In this document: positions 10,158 through 19,488 of the stretch, one piece after another
Position numbering within the stretch: the first letter of the stretch is position 1
Layout of the letters: every line of letters starts with the position of its first letter
Assembly: GCA_944391745.1 (NCBI GenBank)
Contig: CALXUS010000007.1
Coordinates: 9,939 to 73,938 of the forward strand
Length of the DNA: 64,000 nucleotides
DNA from: an uncultured Clostridia bacterium
GTDB taxonomy: Bacteria > Bacillota > Clostridia > TANB77 > CAG-508
Direction of reading: 5' to 3'
Made by a program: the position numbers and the translations under genes
Notes under the pieces: generated by a model
Told to the model about the DNA's origin: nothing
Seen by the model: only the letters and a program-made list of their open reading frames with translations
The model's database searches: none

Positions 10158-10208
10158 TTTCATGCTTTTTACCGCTGTGGAGGTCTTCCTCCTAGGTCAA
10201 AGCAGCAG

Positions 10209-10249
10209 AACAGACTGGTACAAATCATTAATACCAGTCTGTTTTGTTT
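10209..10249 (+). terminator. Intrinsic terminator
   Basis: 12-bp stem AACAGACTGGTA / TACCAGTCTGTT (10209-10220 / 10232-10243), followed by TTGTTT. Confidence 0.7.
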
Positions 10250-10251
10250 AT

Positions 10252-11577
10252 TTAATTATTTCTCAGTAATGCAAACCAAGTTTCATATACTCTTTTAATC
10301 ATAATTCCTAAACCATATTTAGGTATATCTTTATTAGAAATTAAATCAACTTTTCCTATTATTTGATTATTCATTGTAAAACTTAATTCTCCTATTTTTT
10401 GACCTTTACTTACTGGAGCCACTATATTATTAAATAGTTCCATATTTTGTGTTATATTACCATCTTCCGATTTTTTTATTACAATACCTACATCATTACT
10501 AATAACTGCATCTACACTATTTTCTAATCCTTTTTGTATATCTACTGTTCCTACAAGAGCATCTTTCTTTGCCAATTCCTTATATTGATAATTATTAAAT
10601 CCATAATCTAATAACTGCCTAGCCTCTTGAAATCTTATACTACTAGTTTGCCCTTTCATAATAACAGCAATTAATGAAAGGCCATTACGAGTTGCACTAG
10701 CAGATAAATTAAATAAAGCTAAACTTGTAGATCCCGTTTTTAAACCTGTACACCCTTCATAATTTCTTACTAATTTATTTGTATTTACTAATTCAGACTT
10801 TCCATCACGAAGGCTATCCATATATATTGTAGTATAATTAGTAATTTGAGGATGATTTTTTAACAATTCTCTTGACATTATAGCAATATCGTAAGGAGAA
10901 GTAATATGTCCATCTTCATCAATTCCATGACAATTTTTAAATGTTGTATCATACATTCCTAACTCTTGTGCTCTTTGGTTCATCTTTTCGACAAAAGCGT
11001 CTTCAGAGCCTTCTAAAAATTCTGCTAAAGCCACTACACAATCATTTGCAGATGCTATACATACTGCCTTTAACATTTCATCAACTGTTAATTCCTCAGT
11101 TGTATCAAGCCAAATTTGTGAGCCACCCATGTTACTAGCATTTTCACTACAAGGTACTTTATCTGTTAGAGATATTCTTCCACTATCTAGAGCCTCCATA
11201 ATTAAGAGTAAAGACATTACTTTTGTCACAGAAGCAGGTCTTAATTGCTCATGCATATTATAATCATATAAAACCTTTCCTGAATCTTGTTCAATTAATA
11301 TAGCCCCTCCGCAAGTAAGCTTTAATGGATTATTAGTAATTGCATCCTTAGAATCTAACGTTTCTAAACTTTCTACTTCAGTATTAACATTTATAGAATT
11401 AGTATTAATTTCATTTGTATTGTCCTCATCCAATATATTTTCAATACTACTTTCATTTAACTTATTATTTTGACTAGACCATACAGGAATATCAAGTTCT
11501 TTCGCTTCAGAAGCCGAAGACATAAATAAAATTACAGCTGTACATATAATAAAATACTTCAAAAACTTTTTCTTCAT
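10252..11577 (-). CDS. D-alanyl-D-alanine carboxypeptidase (PBP5/S11 family)
   Basis: 441 aa with a signal peptide, the active-site SxxK motif (ASVTK), SxN and KTG motifs (LKTGST), and a C-terminal PBP5-type domain. Confidence 0.87.
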   Translation of the reverse strand: MKKKFLKYFIICTAVILFMSSASEAKELDIPVWSSQNNKLNESSIENILDEDNTNEINTNSINVNTEVESLETLDSKDAITNNPLKLTCGGAILIEQDSGKVLYDYNMHEQLRPASVTKVMSLLLIMEALDSGRISLTDKVPCSENASNMGGSQIWLDTTEELTVDEMLKAVCIASANDCVVALAEFLEGSEDAFVEKMNQRAQELGMYDTTFKNCHGIDEDGHITSPYDIAIMSRELLKNHPQITNYTTIYMDSLRDGKSELVNTNKLVRNYEGCTGLKTGSTSLALFNLSASATRNGLSLIAVIMKGQTSSIRFQEARQLLDYGFNNYQYKELAKKDALVGTVDIQKGLENSVDAVISNDVGIVIKKSEDGNITQNMELFNNIVAPVSKGQKIGELSFTMNNQIIGKVDLISNKDIPKYGLGIMIKRVYETWFALLRNN

Positions 11578-11726
11578 AAAATCTCCTCCAACTAATTAAT
11601 AATATTCATTATAAATTTAGTTTATGAATATAAACTTCAATACGGTAAAACGCTTGAAATTACCAATAAAAAGTTATATAATATTGATTGACTCTTTTTA
11701 GAGAATTTGTACAAAGGAGAAAAACT

Positions 11727-12110
11727 ATGGTGACAGATGAGAACATTGTGATTTTGATTTGTATCTTCTTTTTTATCTTTATTTTATTTCTTGCTGGCGG
11801 ATTAATGTTTCAATACAAGAAAAATAATGAAGCTTGTGAAGAAGCAATCTGTACAATCAGAACTCAAATCAACGAATATTCAAGAGACTTTATTAAATTT
11901 ACAGATTTCGTAAATTTGGAAAAAACAAATAATCTTCGGGTAATTACAAATAATGCATTCATCGAAAATGGAGTATTATACCCAAATCCTAGTACTGAAA
12001 ACCACGAAATAATAATACTTCAAGATATTGAAACTTTAAAAATTCAACTTTATTTGTATGTAGATTCACTTGAAGAAACGCCTGTAATTCCTTATTCGCT
12101 TTACTATTAA
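11727..12110 (+). CDS. Orphan single-pass membrane protein (tandem paralog 1)
   Basis: Start moved to ATG 11727, behind an AAAGGAGA RBS. One TM helix. Shares the block NAFIENGVLYPNPSTENHEIIILQ with the next gene. Confidence 0.55.
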   Translation: MVTDENIVILICIFFFIFILFLAGGLMFQYKKNNEACEEAICTIRTQINEYSRDFIKFTDFVNLEKTNNLRVITNNAFIENGVLYPNPSTENHEIIILQDIETLKIQLYLYVDSLEETPVIPYSLYY

Positions 12111-12121
12111 TGAGGTGCAAA

Positions 12122-12517
12122 ATGGAATCTTTTATTGCTGTTATCGTTTTCTTTATAATTTCCAGTTTTTCATTTTTTATTGGAACTTTAATGTGGAAAA
12201 ACAGATATAATGAAAAATTGAAAAAAATCTTAAAGTCCAGCCAAAAAGAACTTGAGTTTTATGAAAATAATATTAAAATTATTCATAAACAAGAAAAACT
12301 CAAGATTCCTCTCGAAGGTTTAACTATCTTAACCGGAAATGCCTTTGTTGAGGATGGATATCTTTATCCAACACCTGAAGTTGCGAAAAATCAAGTTATT
12401 GTTATACAAAGCTCTCTAAATGATGAAGTATACATATACAAATATGTATATTTAAAACGTTACGAGCAAACTTTTAAGCCTGCTCGTGTAGAATCACAAG
12501 TAAAGTTACTTAATTAG
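12122..12517 (+). CDS. Orphan single-pass membrane protein (tandem paralog 2)
   Basis: Start moved to ATG 12122, behind a GAGGTG RBS. One TM helix. Carries the conserved block NAFVEDGYLYPTPEVAKNQVIVIQ. Confidence 0.55.
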   Translation: MESFIAVIVFFIISSFSFFIGTLMWKNRYNEKLKKILKSSQKELEFYENNIKIIHKQEKLKIPLEGLTILTGNAFVEDGYLYPTPEVAKNQVIVIQSSLNDEVYIYKYVYLKRYEQTFKPARVESQVKLLN

Positions 12518-12594
12518 TTTTTCTCTTGCTTTACCTATTAATTTAGGGAAGCAAAATTTCAACCCCAAAGAGTTTCTTAAGAATAAGGAATTTT

Positions 12595-12852
12595 TTGGGA
12601 TTGATTTTTTTTAATGCTACTTACATAAATCCTATTGGATTAGCTAAAGATTTGGTAGAAACTAAAAATAAGAAGGATTTATTAAAACTTCCTTATGTTA
12701 GAAGATGTTTTCATACAGTTAACTGGGTCAGTATGCTTGAAAACAGAATGAAAGAAGTTAATCCTGAAATGGAATTTGATAAACAAAATACTGATAAATG
12801 GGTTAAAAAAATTAGTCAAAATTATAGAGAAAGCAAAGAAAATAATAGATAA
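12595..12852 (+). CDS. Doubtful small ORF, possibly a gene remnant
   Basis: 85 codons from a TTG start with no convincing RBS. It ends at a strong bidirectional terminator. No family recognised. Confidence 0.25.
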   Translation: MGLIFFNATYINPIGLAKDLVETKNKKDLLKLPYVRRCFHTVNWVSMLENRMKEVNPEMEFDKQNTDKWVKKISQNYRESKENNR

Positions 12853-12853
12853 A

Positions 12854-12891
12854 ACAAGTCTACAGAAAACTAATTGTTTCTGTAGACTTGT
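12854..12891. terminator. Bidirectional terminator
   Basis: Perfect 15-bp stem ACAAGTCTACAGAAA / TTTCTGTAGACTTGT, with an A-run before and a T-rich run after. It lies between convergent ORFs. Confidence 0.75.
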
Positions 12892-12892
12892 T

Positions 12893-13474
12893 TTATTTAA
12901 TAATTTTTTCAATTTCCTTTTTCAAATCATCACTCATCTTTATATCTCCTTCTGGAGTTTTATAATAAGTATATAATACTATTTTGCAAGCTTCCTTTTC
13001 AGACTTATCTAATTTATGTTCATTATAAAGTTTTACAACTAAATCCGCTTTATCTACTTCATACTGTTTTAACGTTATTGTATTTAGCCCATTAGTGTTT
13101 ATTTCATCTATTTCTTTTTGAATCTTATTAAACTCATCAGGATAGTATTCAGCTAATAGTTCATTGACTACTCTTCCTTTTTCTCTGTATTCCTCACCCT
13201 CTTTTGCCCATTTTTCATATTGTTTTCTATCTTCTTCACTTATCTCGTTATTTTGATATTCCTCTGTCGAAATATTTTCAATAGGAATATCCTCACGAAC
13301 ATAATTTTCCTCATCAAATAGAGATAAAGAAGTTGCCTCATTATTAGAAATGCCATTATCAGATAATTCAACTTGTTTCCAATTTTGATTTTTATTTGCT
13401 GTAACAATAATAGGAATTACTATTGCTAATACAACTAACATACAAAAAACCAATATTGTTATTTTCTTTTTCAT
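12893..13474 (-). CDS. Hypothetical membrane-anchored/secreted protein
   Basis: 193 aa with an N-terminal signal/anchor (ITILVFCMLVVLAIVIPIIV) and a charged E/K-rich ectodomain. Confidence 0.55.
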   Translation of the reverse strand: MKKKITILVFCMLVVLAIVIPIIVTANKNQNWKQVELSDNGISNNEATSLSLFDEENYVREDIPIENISTEEYQNNEISEEDRKQYEKWAKEGEEYREKGRVVNELLAEYYPDEFNKIQKEIDEINTNGLNTITLKQYEVDKADLVVKLYNEHKLDKSEKEACKIVLYTYYKTPEGDIKMSDDLKKEIEKIIK

Positions 13475-13492
13475 TTTTTCCCCTCTTTTCCT

Positions 13493-15091
13493 TTAATTAA
13501 CTAAATATATACTTTCATCTGAAAATTTAACAACTATATAATCATCAATTTTCTTTATTGAATTAGAAAATGGATAAATTTCCATAAGCTGTACTTCACT
13601 CCTATTTTTTAAATCATTAATTTCAGTTTCTGAAGCATATTTAAAGTCAACTCCAATATAATTTAAAATAAATCTTTCTTTAGAATAAGCATTAATCATT
13701 TCCAAATTGTTTATTATGCCAGTAAAATCATTTAAATCATCAAAAACATAATTATTATATGTAAGCATAACACCTGAATATTGCCCTATAAATGCAATTT
13801 TTGAGTTTTCATCAAATCCTTGTGTACTTTCAATTCTTGTTACTAATGTGTTATAAAATGCATAAGTATTTTCGTAAGAAAGTTTTAGTTCAAAATAACA
13901 TTCATTTGCATAAACTACATATTTATAAGACACAAAAATCAATGTAATTACAACAACTTTATTAATCCATTGTTTTATTTTAGTTATTGGCACTTCTTCT
14001 AATAAAACTAAAGGTAATATTAATATAAAACAATTTCCATATAACATTAAAGAATGAATTTCGATTTTTGAGCTAATAACATACATTAAGTTCATTGATA
14101 TAGGCAAAATTAAAGCTAATAATATATAGAGAATCGTTTTTTTCTTGCTAACTTTACTTATATTTTTTAATTGCATAATAGCAAGAATTAATATAGAAGC
14201 CAAAGCTATTGCATAACCAATTTTTAAGATTATTCCTGCAGAAAGGCCATAAAAATCTCTTAACACTAATCTTGGCAAAGTCATATAAGAATTTGCAATT
14301 CCGCTTAATATAGATTTAATAGTTATATTTCCAACTTCATTAGCTCCTTGGTAATCACTTAATGTATTTCCAGTGTAATAATTTATTACTACTACAGTTA
14401 TTAAATAAATTAATGAAGCAATAATCAATATAGCTAAAAATTTTAATCCTTTAAAAATTATTTTTTTAAAATCCTCTTCTTTATTAATGCAATCCTTTAT
14501 TAATAAAATAATAAATAATGTTGCTATAAGTCCTATATAAGCCTGATAAATAGATAACGAAAATATTAAACAAACAATGGATAAAAACAAGTGAGTTTTT
14601 CTTTTCATTTTTACAGCGAAATAAACACTAAGAACACTTAGCAATATGGCTACACCATAACTGCTAGCGGTAAACATATAAGCCATAGTACAAGTTATAG
14701 AAGTATAAGTTACCATAATAGTGCCAATTAAACACTGTTTAACTTTTGATTTAACACCTAATATTTTTGCAACCAAACAAGCTGAAATTGCTACAAGTAT
14801 TATTAATATTAGTCCATTAAGCCAGGGCATACTAATATTAGGAAAAATACTCTGTAATAACTCTAATCCCCATCTTCCTAATTTAAAAGTTACACCTTTA
14901 GTAAATGTCGATTCTAAATCATCATGGTTTGGAAGTTTATTAGCGAGCATAAATCCATGAGCTATTACTCCTACTATTATAGTCATAATGAACATAATTT
15001 TATATTCACTACAAAAATTTAATAATCTTCCCTTTATATTATTACATAATTTTTCTTCATTACTTTTACTATTCTTATTTTTCACTCCCAT
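13493..15091 (-). CDS. Polytopic membrane protein, GtrII-like glucosyltransferase-domain candidate
   Basis: 532 aa with about 11 TM helices and a C-terminal soluble domain. The N-terminal block ANKLPNHDDL...GRWG resembles the GtrII-type family. This is recollection and is unverified. Confidence 0.5.
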   Translation of the reverse strand: MGVKNKNSKSNEEKLCNNIKGRLLNFCSEYKIMFIMTIIVGVIAHGFMLANKLPNHDDLESTFTKGVTFKLGRWGLELLQSIFPNISMPWLNGLILIILVAISACLVAKILGVKSKVKQCLIGTIMVTYTSITCTMAYMFTASSYGVAILLSVLSVYFAVKMKRKTHLFLSIVCLIFSLSIYQAYIGLIATLFIILLIKDCINKEEDFKKIIFKGLKFLAILIIASLIYLITVVVINYYTGNTLSDYQGANEVGNITIKSILSGIANSYMTLPRLVLRDFYGLSAGIILKIGYAIALASILILAIMQLKNISKVSKKKTILYILLALILPISMNLMYVISSKIEIHSLMLYGNCFILILPLVLLEEVPITKIKQWINKVVVITLIFVSYKYVVYANECYFELKLSYENTYAFYNTLVTRIESTQGFDENSKIAFIGQYSGVMLTYNNYVFDDLNDFTGIINNLEMINAYSKERFILNYIGVDFKYASETEINDLKNRSEVQLMEIYPFSNSIKKIDDYIVVKFSDESIYLVN

Positions 15092-15121
15092 AACCTACTT
15101 CAAGACTCCCCTTTCTTTTAT

Positions 15122-15979
15122 TTAATTAATTTTGTTTAATAATTCTTCTAGCTTTTCGTTCATATCATTAACTCCATCATCATAAAGTTTTTGAAGTTTA
15201 GCCTTATCTTTTTCAAGTCTTGTAACTTCAACAGGTCTTTTAGGTTCAATTACCATTATTCTTCCTTCCGCTTCTAGTCTATTAATATCATCTTTTATTT
15301 TGTTATATCTTTTAGGAGCAGTGCATAATTTTTCAACTAACTTCGGATATTTTTTAAATACCCTTTTGTATACTTTAACCATTGCCTTGCTAACTTCAGG
15401 CTTTCTATATCTTTCATCTCTTGTAAGGACAACTAATATATTCTTATGATTTTGTTCAAGAGGTATATTTATTGGAATTGGATTCGTAACCGCTCCATCT
15501 AGATAATGATAACCATTCATTTCAACCATTCTTGAGCAAAGTGGCATACTACTAGATGCTTGCACAGCCTTGTATATATAACTTTCGCTACAATCATCTT
15601 TGCTAAAATATTCTGTTTCACCTTTTTCACAATTTGAAACTACTGATATAAAATTCTCCTTAGAATTTTTAAAAGTTTCATAGTCAAAAACATTTTTATT
15701 TTTTGAAATATCATTAAATAAATAATCAAAGCCAATTAATCCATGCTCATTTTTTAGTGCTTCTATTCCCACATATTTTTTATCATCTCTAAATCCAATA
15801 TTAATATCTTTACTCCTACCTATTTGTTTAGAGACATAATTCATACCAGTTAACGCTCCAGCTGATACACCAATTACACAATTTGCCTCTATATTATTTT
15901 TTAGTAAAACATCTAAAACTCCGGCTGTATATAAACTTCTAAATGCCCCACCTTCTAGTACTAAAGTTAAATCATTCAT
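15122..15979 (-). CDS. Patatin-like phospholipase
   Basis: 285 aa with the oxyanion motif LEGGAFR, the nucleophile elbow GVSAG (GxSxG) and a DGA/DGG-type Asp motif (LDGAV). Confidence 0.8.
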   Translation of the reverse strand: MNDLTLVLEGGAFRSLYTAGVLDVLLKNNIEANCVIGVSAGALTGMNYVSKQIGRSKDINIGFRDDKKYVGIEALKNEHGLIGFDYLFNDISKNKNVFDYETFKNSKENFISVVSNCEKGETEYFSKDDCSESYIYKAVQASSSMPLCSRMVEMNGYHYLDGAVTNPIPINIPLEQNHKNILVVLTRDERYRKPEVSKAMVKVYKRVFKKYPKLVEKLCTAPKRYNKIKDDINRLEAEGRIMVIEPKRPVEVTRLEKDKAKLQKLYDDGVNDMNEKLEELLNKIN

Positions 15980-16097
15980 TATTTAATTTACTTCCTTTCT
16001 GCGTTTTTGATAGAATTATTTTGGAAGAATTATATCACATATAATAAAATAATAAAAGGACTTTAATATTCACTATTAAAATCCTTTTATTTTAAGC

Positions 16098-17816
16098 TTA
16101 GAAATTCATTGTTTTCATTTCTTCTTTTCTTTTTATTTTTTGTGTAGTAGTTTTAATTAAAGGTTTATCTGTCAAAATCATATATTTAATATATTTATAT
16201 GGAGGTAAAGTTTTATTAACTTCTTTAATTTGATTCCAAATTTTTTCATGAAGATCTTCTTTAGATATATCTCCATATTTTTCTTTTACTTTATCTTTGT
16301 TGTATACAACCTTAATCGCTACTTTTATTTTTGAAGGATCATCCTCCTCAGGCATACCAAACACAAAACTTTCTTCAACTTCATAGATTCTATTAACTAA
16401 TGTCTCTAACTCTTCTGGAAAAACTTTCTTACCATTTTTTAATACAATCATATCTTTTCTTCTTCCAGTAATAAATAAGAAACCTTTTTTATCAATATAT
16501 CCTAAGTCACCTGTATAAAACCATCCGTCTTTTAATACATCTTTAGTTGCCTCTTCATTTTCATAGTATCCTAGCATTACATTTGGTCCCTTTACTCTAA
16601 TTTCTCCAATCCCTTTTTCATCTTTATTTACTATCTCAACTTGAACATCTTTTAATGGCACTCCAACAGAACCATATTTAACTTGTTTAAAGTTTTCAGC
16701 AGCTATAACGGGAGATGTTTCAGTAAGACCATAGCCTTGAACCATTTTAATTCCTAAATCGTTAAAGCCTTTTTCTGTTCTTTTGTCTAATGGAGCACCT
16801 CCTGAAATTACAAATCTCATCTCTCCACCAAGTCCATCTATAACTTGCTTAAATAATTTTCTCTTTACATCAATATGTAATTTAAGTAAAACATTGCTAA
16901 TTCCTTTTGCAAACTCTATAAGTTTAGTTTTATTTTGCTTTGCAATTTCTTTTTCAATGTTTTCGTACATTTTATCAACTAATAAAGGTACTCCAACAAA
17001 TACAGTTACTTTATACTCTTTTAAATTTTGCTGAATATACCTTAATCCATCAGTAAATACTGTTTTTACTCCACAAGCAAGCATTACTATCATACATGTA
17101 GAACCAAATATATGGTGAAATGGTAAAAATGCTATATTAACATCTGTGTCTCTTATATCTTCTACAAGTTGCATATCATATACATTAACAGCAATTCCTC
17201 TCTGTGCAAGCATTACCGCTTTTGATTTTGAAGTAGTACCAGATGTAAACAATAAAATACTCATTCCATCAGAATCAACTTTATAATTTATATACTCTTT
17301 ATTTCCCCCTTTTATAATTTTTTTGCCTTCATCCAATAAATCTGGAATATTAATAAAATCATTTAACTTACTCATACAAATAAAAACTTTTACCTTTGTC
17401 TTAGCATTTTTTCTGATTTCATCAATCTTTTCTTCATATTTTTCATCAAAAACAATCGCTTCAGCTTTACTTCTAACTAATGAGTCTTCCAATTCATCGA
17501 CTTGTAGCTCCTTATCCAATGGAACAGAAACCATTCCTCCAAGTAAACAAGATAAATGTGAAATAACCCATTCATATCTATTTCTTCCACAAATTGCAAT
17601 TCTTTTTCCTTTTAAGCCTAGTTTGTATAAAGCACTACCTAGAGCATTAACTTCATCAAGCATTTTTTTATAAGTAGTATTTTTATACTCAATCCCCTTA
17701 TCTTTGATAACTTTCGTTACAAAAGCTACATGGTTTGGATATTTTTTTACAGAGTTATAAATAATCTCTTTGATATTCTCAAACTTTGTAGCTTGCCTCA
17801 AAATTACTTCTTTCAT
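16098..17816 (-). CDS. AMP-dependent long-chain acyl-CoA synthetase/ligase
   Basis: 572 aa with the AMP-binding signature FTSGTTSKSKAV, plus GYGLTE and TGDLG motifs. Confidence 0.85.
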   Translation of the reverse strand: MKEVILRQATKFENIKEIIYNSVKKYPNHVAFVTKVIKDKGIEYKNTTYKKMLDEVNALGSALYKLGLKGKRIAICGRNRYEWVISHLSCLLGGMVSVPLDKELQVDELEDSLVRSKAEAIVFDEKYEEKIDEIRKNAKTKVKVFICMSKLNDFINIPDLLDEGKKIIKGGNKEYINYKVDSDGMSILLFTSGTTSKSKAVMLAQRGIAVNVYDMQLVEDIRDTDVNIAFLPFHHIFGSTCMIVMLACGVKTVFTDGLRYIQQNLKEYKVTVFVGVPLLVDKMYENIEKEIAKQNKTKLIEFAKGISNVLLKLHIDVKRKLFKQVIDGLGGEMRFVISGGAPLDKRTEKGFNDLGIKMVQGYGLTETSPVIAAENFKQVKYGSVGVPLKDVQVEIVNKDEKGIGEIRVKGPNVMLGYYENEEATKDVLKDGWFYTGDLGYIDKKGFLFITGRRKDMIVLKNGKKVFPEELETLVNRIYEVEESFVFGMPEEDDPSKIKVAIKVVYNKDKVKEKYGDISKEDLHEKIWNQIKEVNKTLPPYKYIKYMILTDKPLIKTTTQKIKRKEEMKTMNF

Positions 17817-17978
17817 ATTCCTATTTTCCTTTTATTTTTATTTAGGTTTTGGGATTAGCCTATAAACCTTGGCGATATTATAAATATTATAATTTGTATA
17901 TTATAATAAATTTATTACCATAGCATTAGCTTAACACAATAATAAAAGGCCAGTCAATTTATCGACCAGTCTTTCAAA

Positions 17979-18056
17979 TTTTGGGATGTTTTTGGGGAAG
18001 CTTTTTTGGAGCTGTTTTTGGGGATGTTTTTGGGGACACCTTCCAAAAACAGCTCC
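17979..18056 (-). repeat. G/T-rich palindromic 3'-end element, copy A (with degenerate tandem tail)
   Basis: Read on the minus strand it is GGAGCTGTTTTTGGAAGGTGTCCCCAAAAACATCCCCAAAAACAGCTCCAAAAAAGC..., which aligns by eye at roughly 50 of 55 positions with copy C. It lies just downstream of the SAS pseudogene stop. Confidence 0.75.
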
Positions 18057-18074
18057 CATACATCAAAGAAGTAT

Positions 18075-18804
18075 CTACTTAGTCATCTGCTTCTGATAAA
18101 TTTTCATCATACTTTCATCAATTTTGTTAATAATCCTTGCATACCAAGCTAATTTTTTGGAGTCTTTATTAGAAAGTTTTGCTTTAGTCTTATATTTCAT
18201 TTTATGTTCTGCAGAAGCCCAAAAATCCATTGCAAGAGTCCTTATCTGTATCTCTACTTTTATTGGTATATATTCTCCATCATATTCAATCATTGTCTCA
18301 ATTATAATATGATATCCCATATAACCACTTTTTTTAGGCTTAGTTATGTAATCCTTTTCTTTTATTATTCTTGTATCAGGCATACTTCTAATAATATTTC
18401 TTACTCTAAAAATATCATCTTGGAAAGTACATACTACCCTAATACCCGCTATGTCATTTATATACTCAATTAAATTTTTATAATTCAGAGCATAATCTTT
18501 CTTTTTCATTTTATTTATTATGCTTGTAGGAGTTTTTATTCTACTTGTAATATGATTAATAACTTCATAATTATATTTATTATTAAAATATTCTTGTAAT
18601 GCACCGAAGTTTATCTAAAATATCAATTTGTGCTTTTTTATATAAAGACATAAGCATATTAAATTCTTTTTCCTCAGGATTTAACGGGACTAATCCATTT
18701 GCAATTAACTCATTATTATTTACGTGCAACGTTTCTGTTCTAACCACCTCATTTCTAGTTTTAAAATAAGATTCAAATCTTATCTTGGTTAATATTTTAC
18801 ACAA
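18075..18804 (-). pseudogene. Small alarmone synthetase (RelP/RelQ-like RelA/SpoT-homolog synthetase), frameshifted
   Basis: ORFs 18583..18804 and 18075..18509 are two frames of one gene. The downstream frame stays open upstream of its Met and encodes NFGALQEYFNNKYNYEVINHITSRIKTPTSIINKMKKK, continuous with DIAGIRVVC, GYMGYH and EIQIRTLAMDFWASAEH. Removing one A from GATAAAC (T-run 18610-18612 on plus) restores a single frame. Confidence 0.75.
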
Positions 18805-18948
18805 TAATTGTATCCATATTGTGTCCTATTGGTAAATTAAAATTTACCATATTCTTTAAACTTTTATATTATATTCTTAAAACATTTTAAAAATGAATAA
18901 AGAAGCTTATTAAATAAATTTAAAGCTTCTTCATACTATATATTTCAA

Positions 18949-19380
18949 TTAACAATTTTCTATCTGTTTTATCATCCAGCATTTTTTATTATAATCCTTT
19001 AAATATTCATCCATTATACTAGAAGTAACTGGACAATTTTCATTTTCAGCATCTGTCTTAATCTTTTTGCAATTTTCTATTAATGTTTCATAATCTTTTA
19101 AAATATTCTTCCATATTTCACAAGAATTCACTTTTTTACTCTCTACCTCTTTTATTTGACTAGTCTCTAAATACTCCTTCATCGTAGCCATAACATAGCA
19201 ATTTTTTGAAACAATAAGTTCTGCTATTTCATCAATTTGTTTATTAATACAATTATAATATTCTTCTAGCTTTTCGTGAGTTGTAAAGAAATCTGCTCCT
19301 GTAACATTCCAGTGATAATTTTGTAATTTTCTATAAAACACATTTAAATTTGATAATAATAAATTTAAATCATCACACAT
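18949..19380 (-). CDS. Dps-family ferritin-like DNA-protection protein
   Basis: 143 aa with the blocks LQNYHWNVTGADFFTTHEKLEEYY and QIDEIAELI, typical of Dps ferroxidase-site helices. Confidence 0.72.
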   Translation of the reverse strand: MCDDLNLLLSNLNVFYRKLQNYHWNVTGADFFTTHEKLEEYYNCINKQIDEIAELIVSKNCYVMATMKEYLETSQIKEVESKKVNSCEIWKNILKDYETLIENCKKIKTDAENENCPVTSSIMDEYLKDYNKKCWMIKQIENC

Positions 19381-19453
19381 AATTTTAAATACCTCCTAAA
19401 TTTTACTTATATCATTATTTCCATTTTAATTTAATTTTATACATAATAATCAA

Positions 19454-19488
19454 AGGCTGTTTTTGGGGACACCTTCCGAAAACAGCTT
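19454..19488 (-). repeat. G/T-rich palindromic 3'-end element, copy B (core only)
   Basis: The core GCTGTTTTTGGGGACACCTTCCGAAAACAGC at 19456-19486 is the exact reverse complement of 22189-22219. It abuts the stop codon of 19487..20254. Confidence 0.8.

Noticed and set aside
11688-12517. Treating the tandem orphan paralogs as a fourth GC-elevated islet
   Set aside because: Hand counts of 100-nt samples gave 23% and 27% G+C, which matches the host background. I therefore report them only as paralogous orphans.
15122-15979. Patatin-like phospholipase as a CBASS-type defence effector
   Set aside because: No cyclase/nucleotidyltransferase, sensor or other defence partner is adjacent. The neighbours are a membrane glycosyltransferase-like gene and an acyl-CoA ligase, which fits lipid metabolism better.
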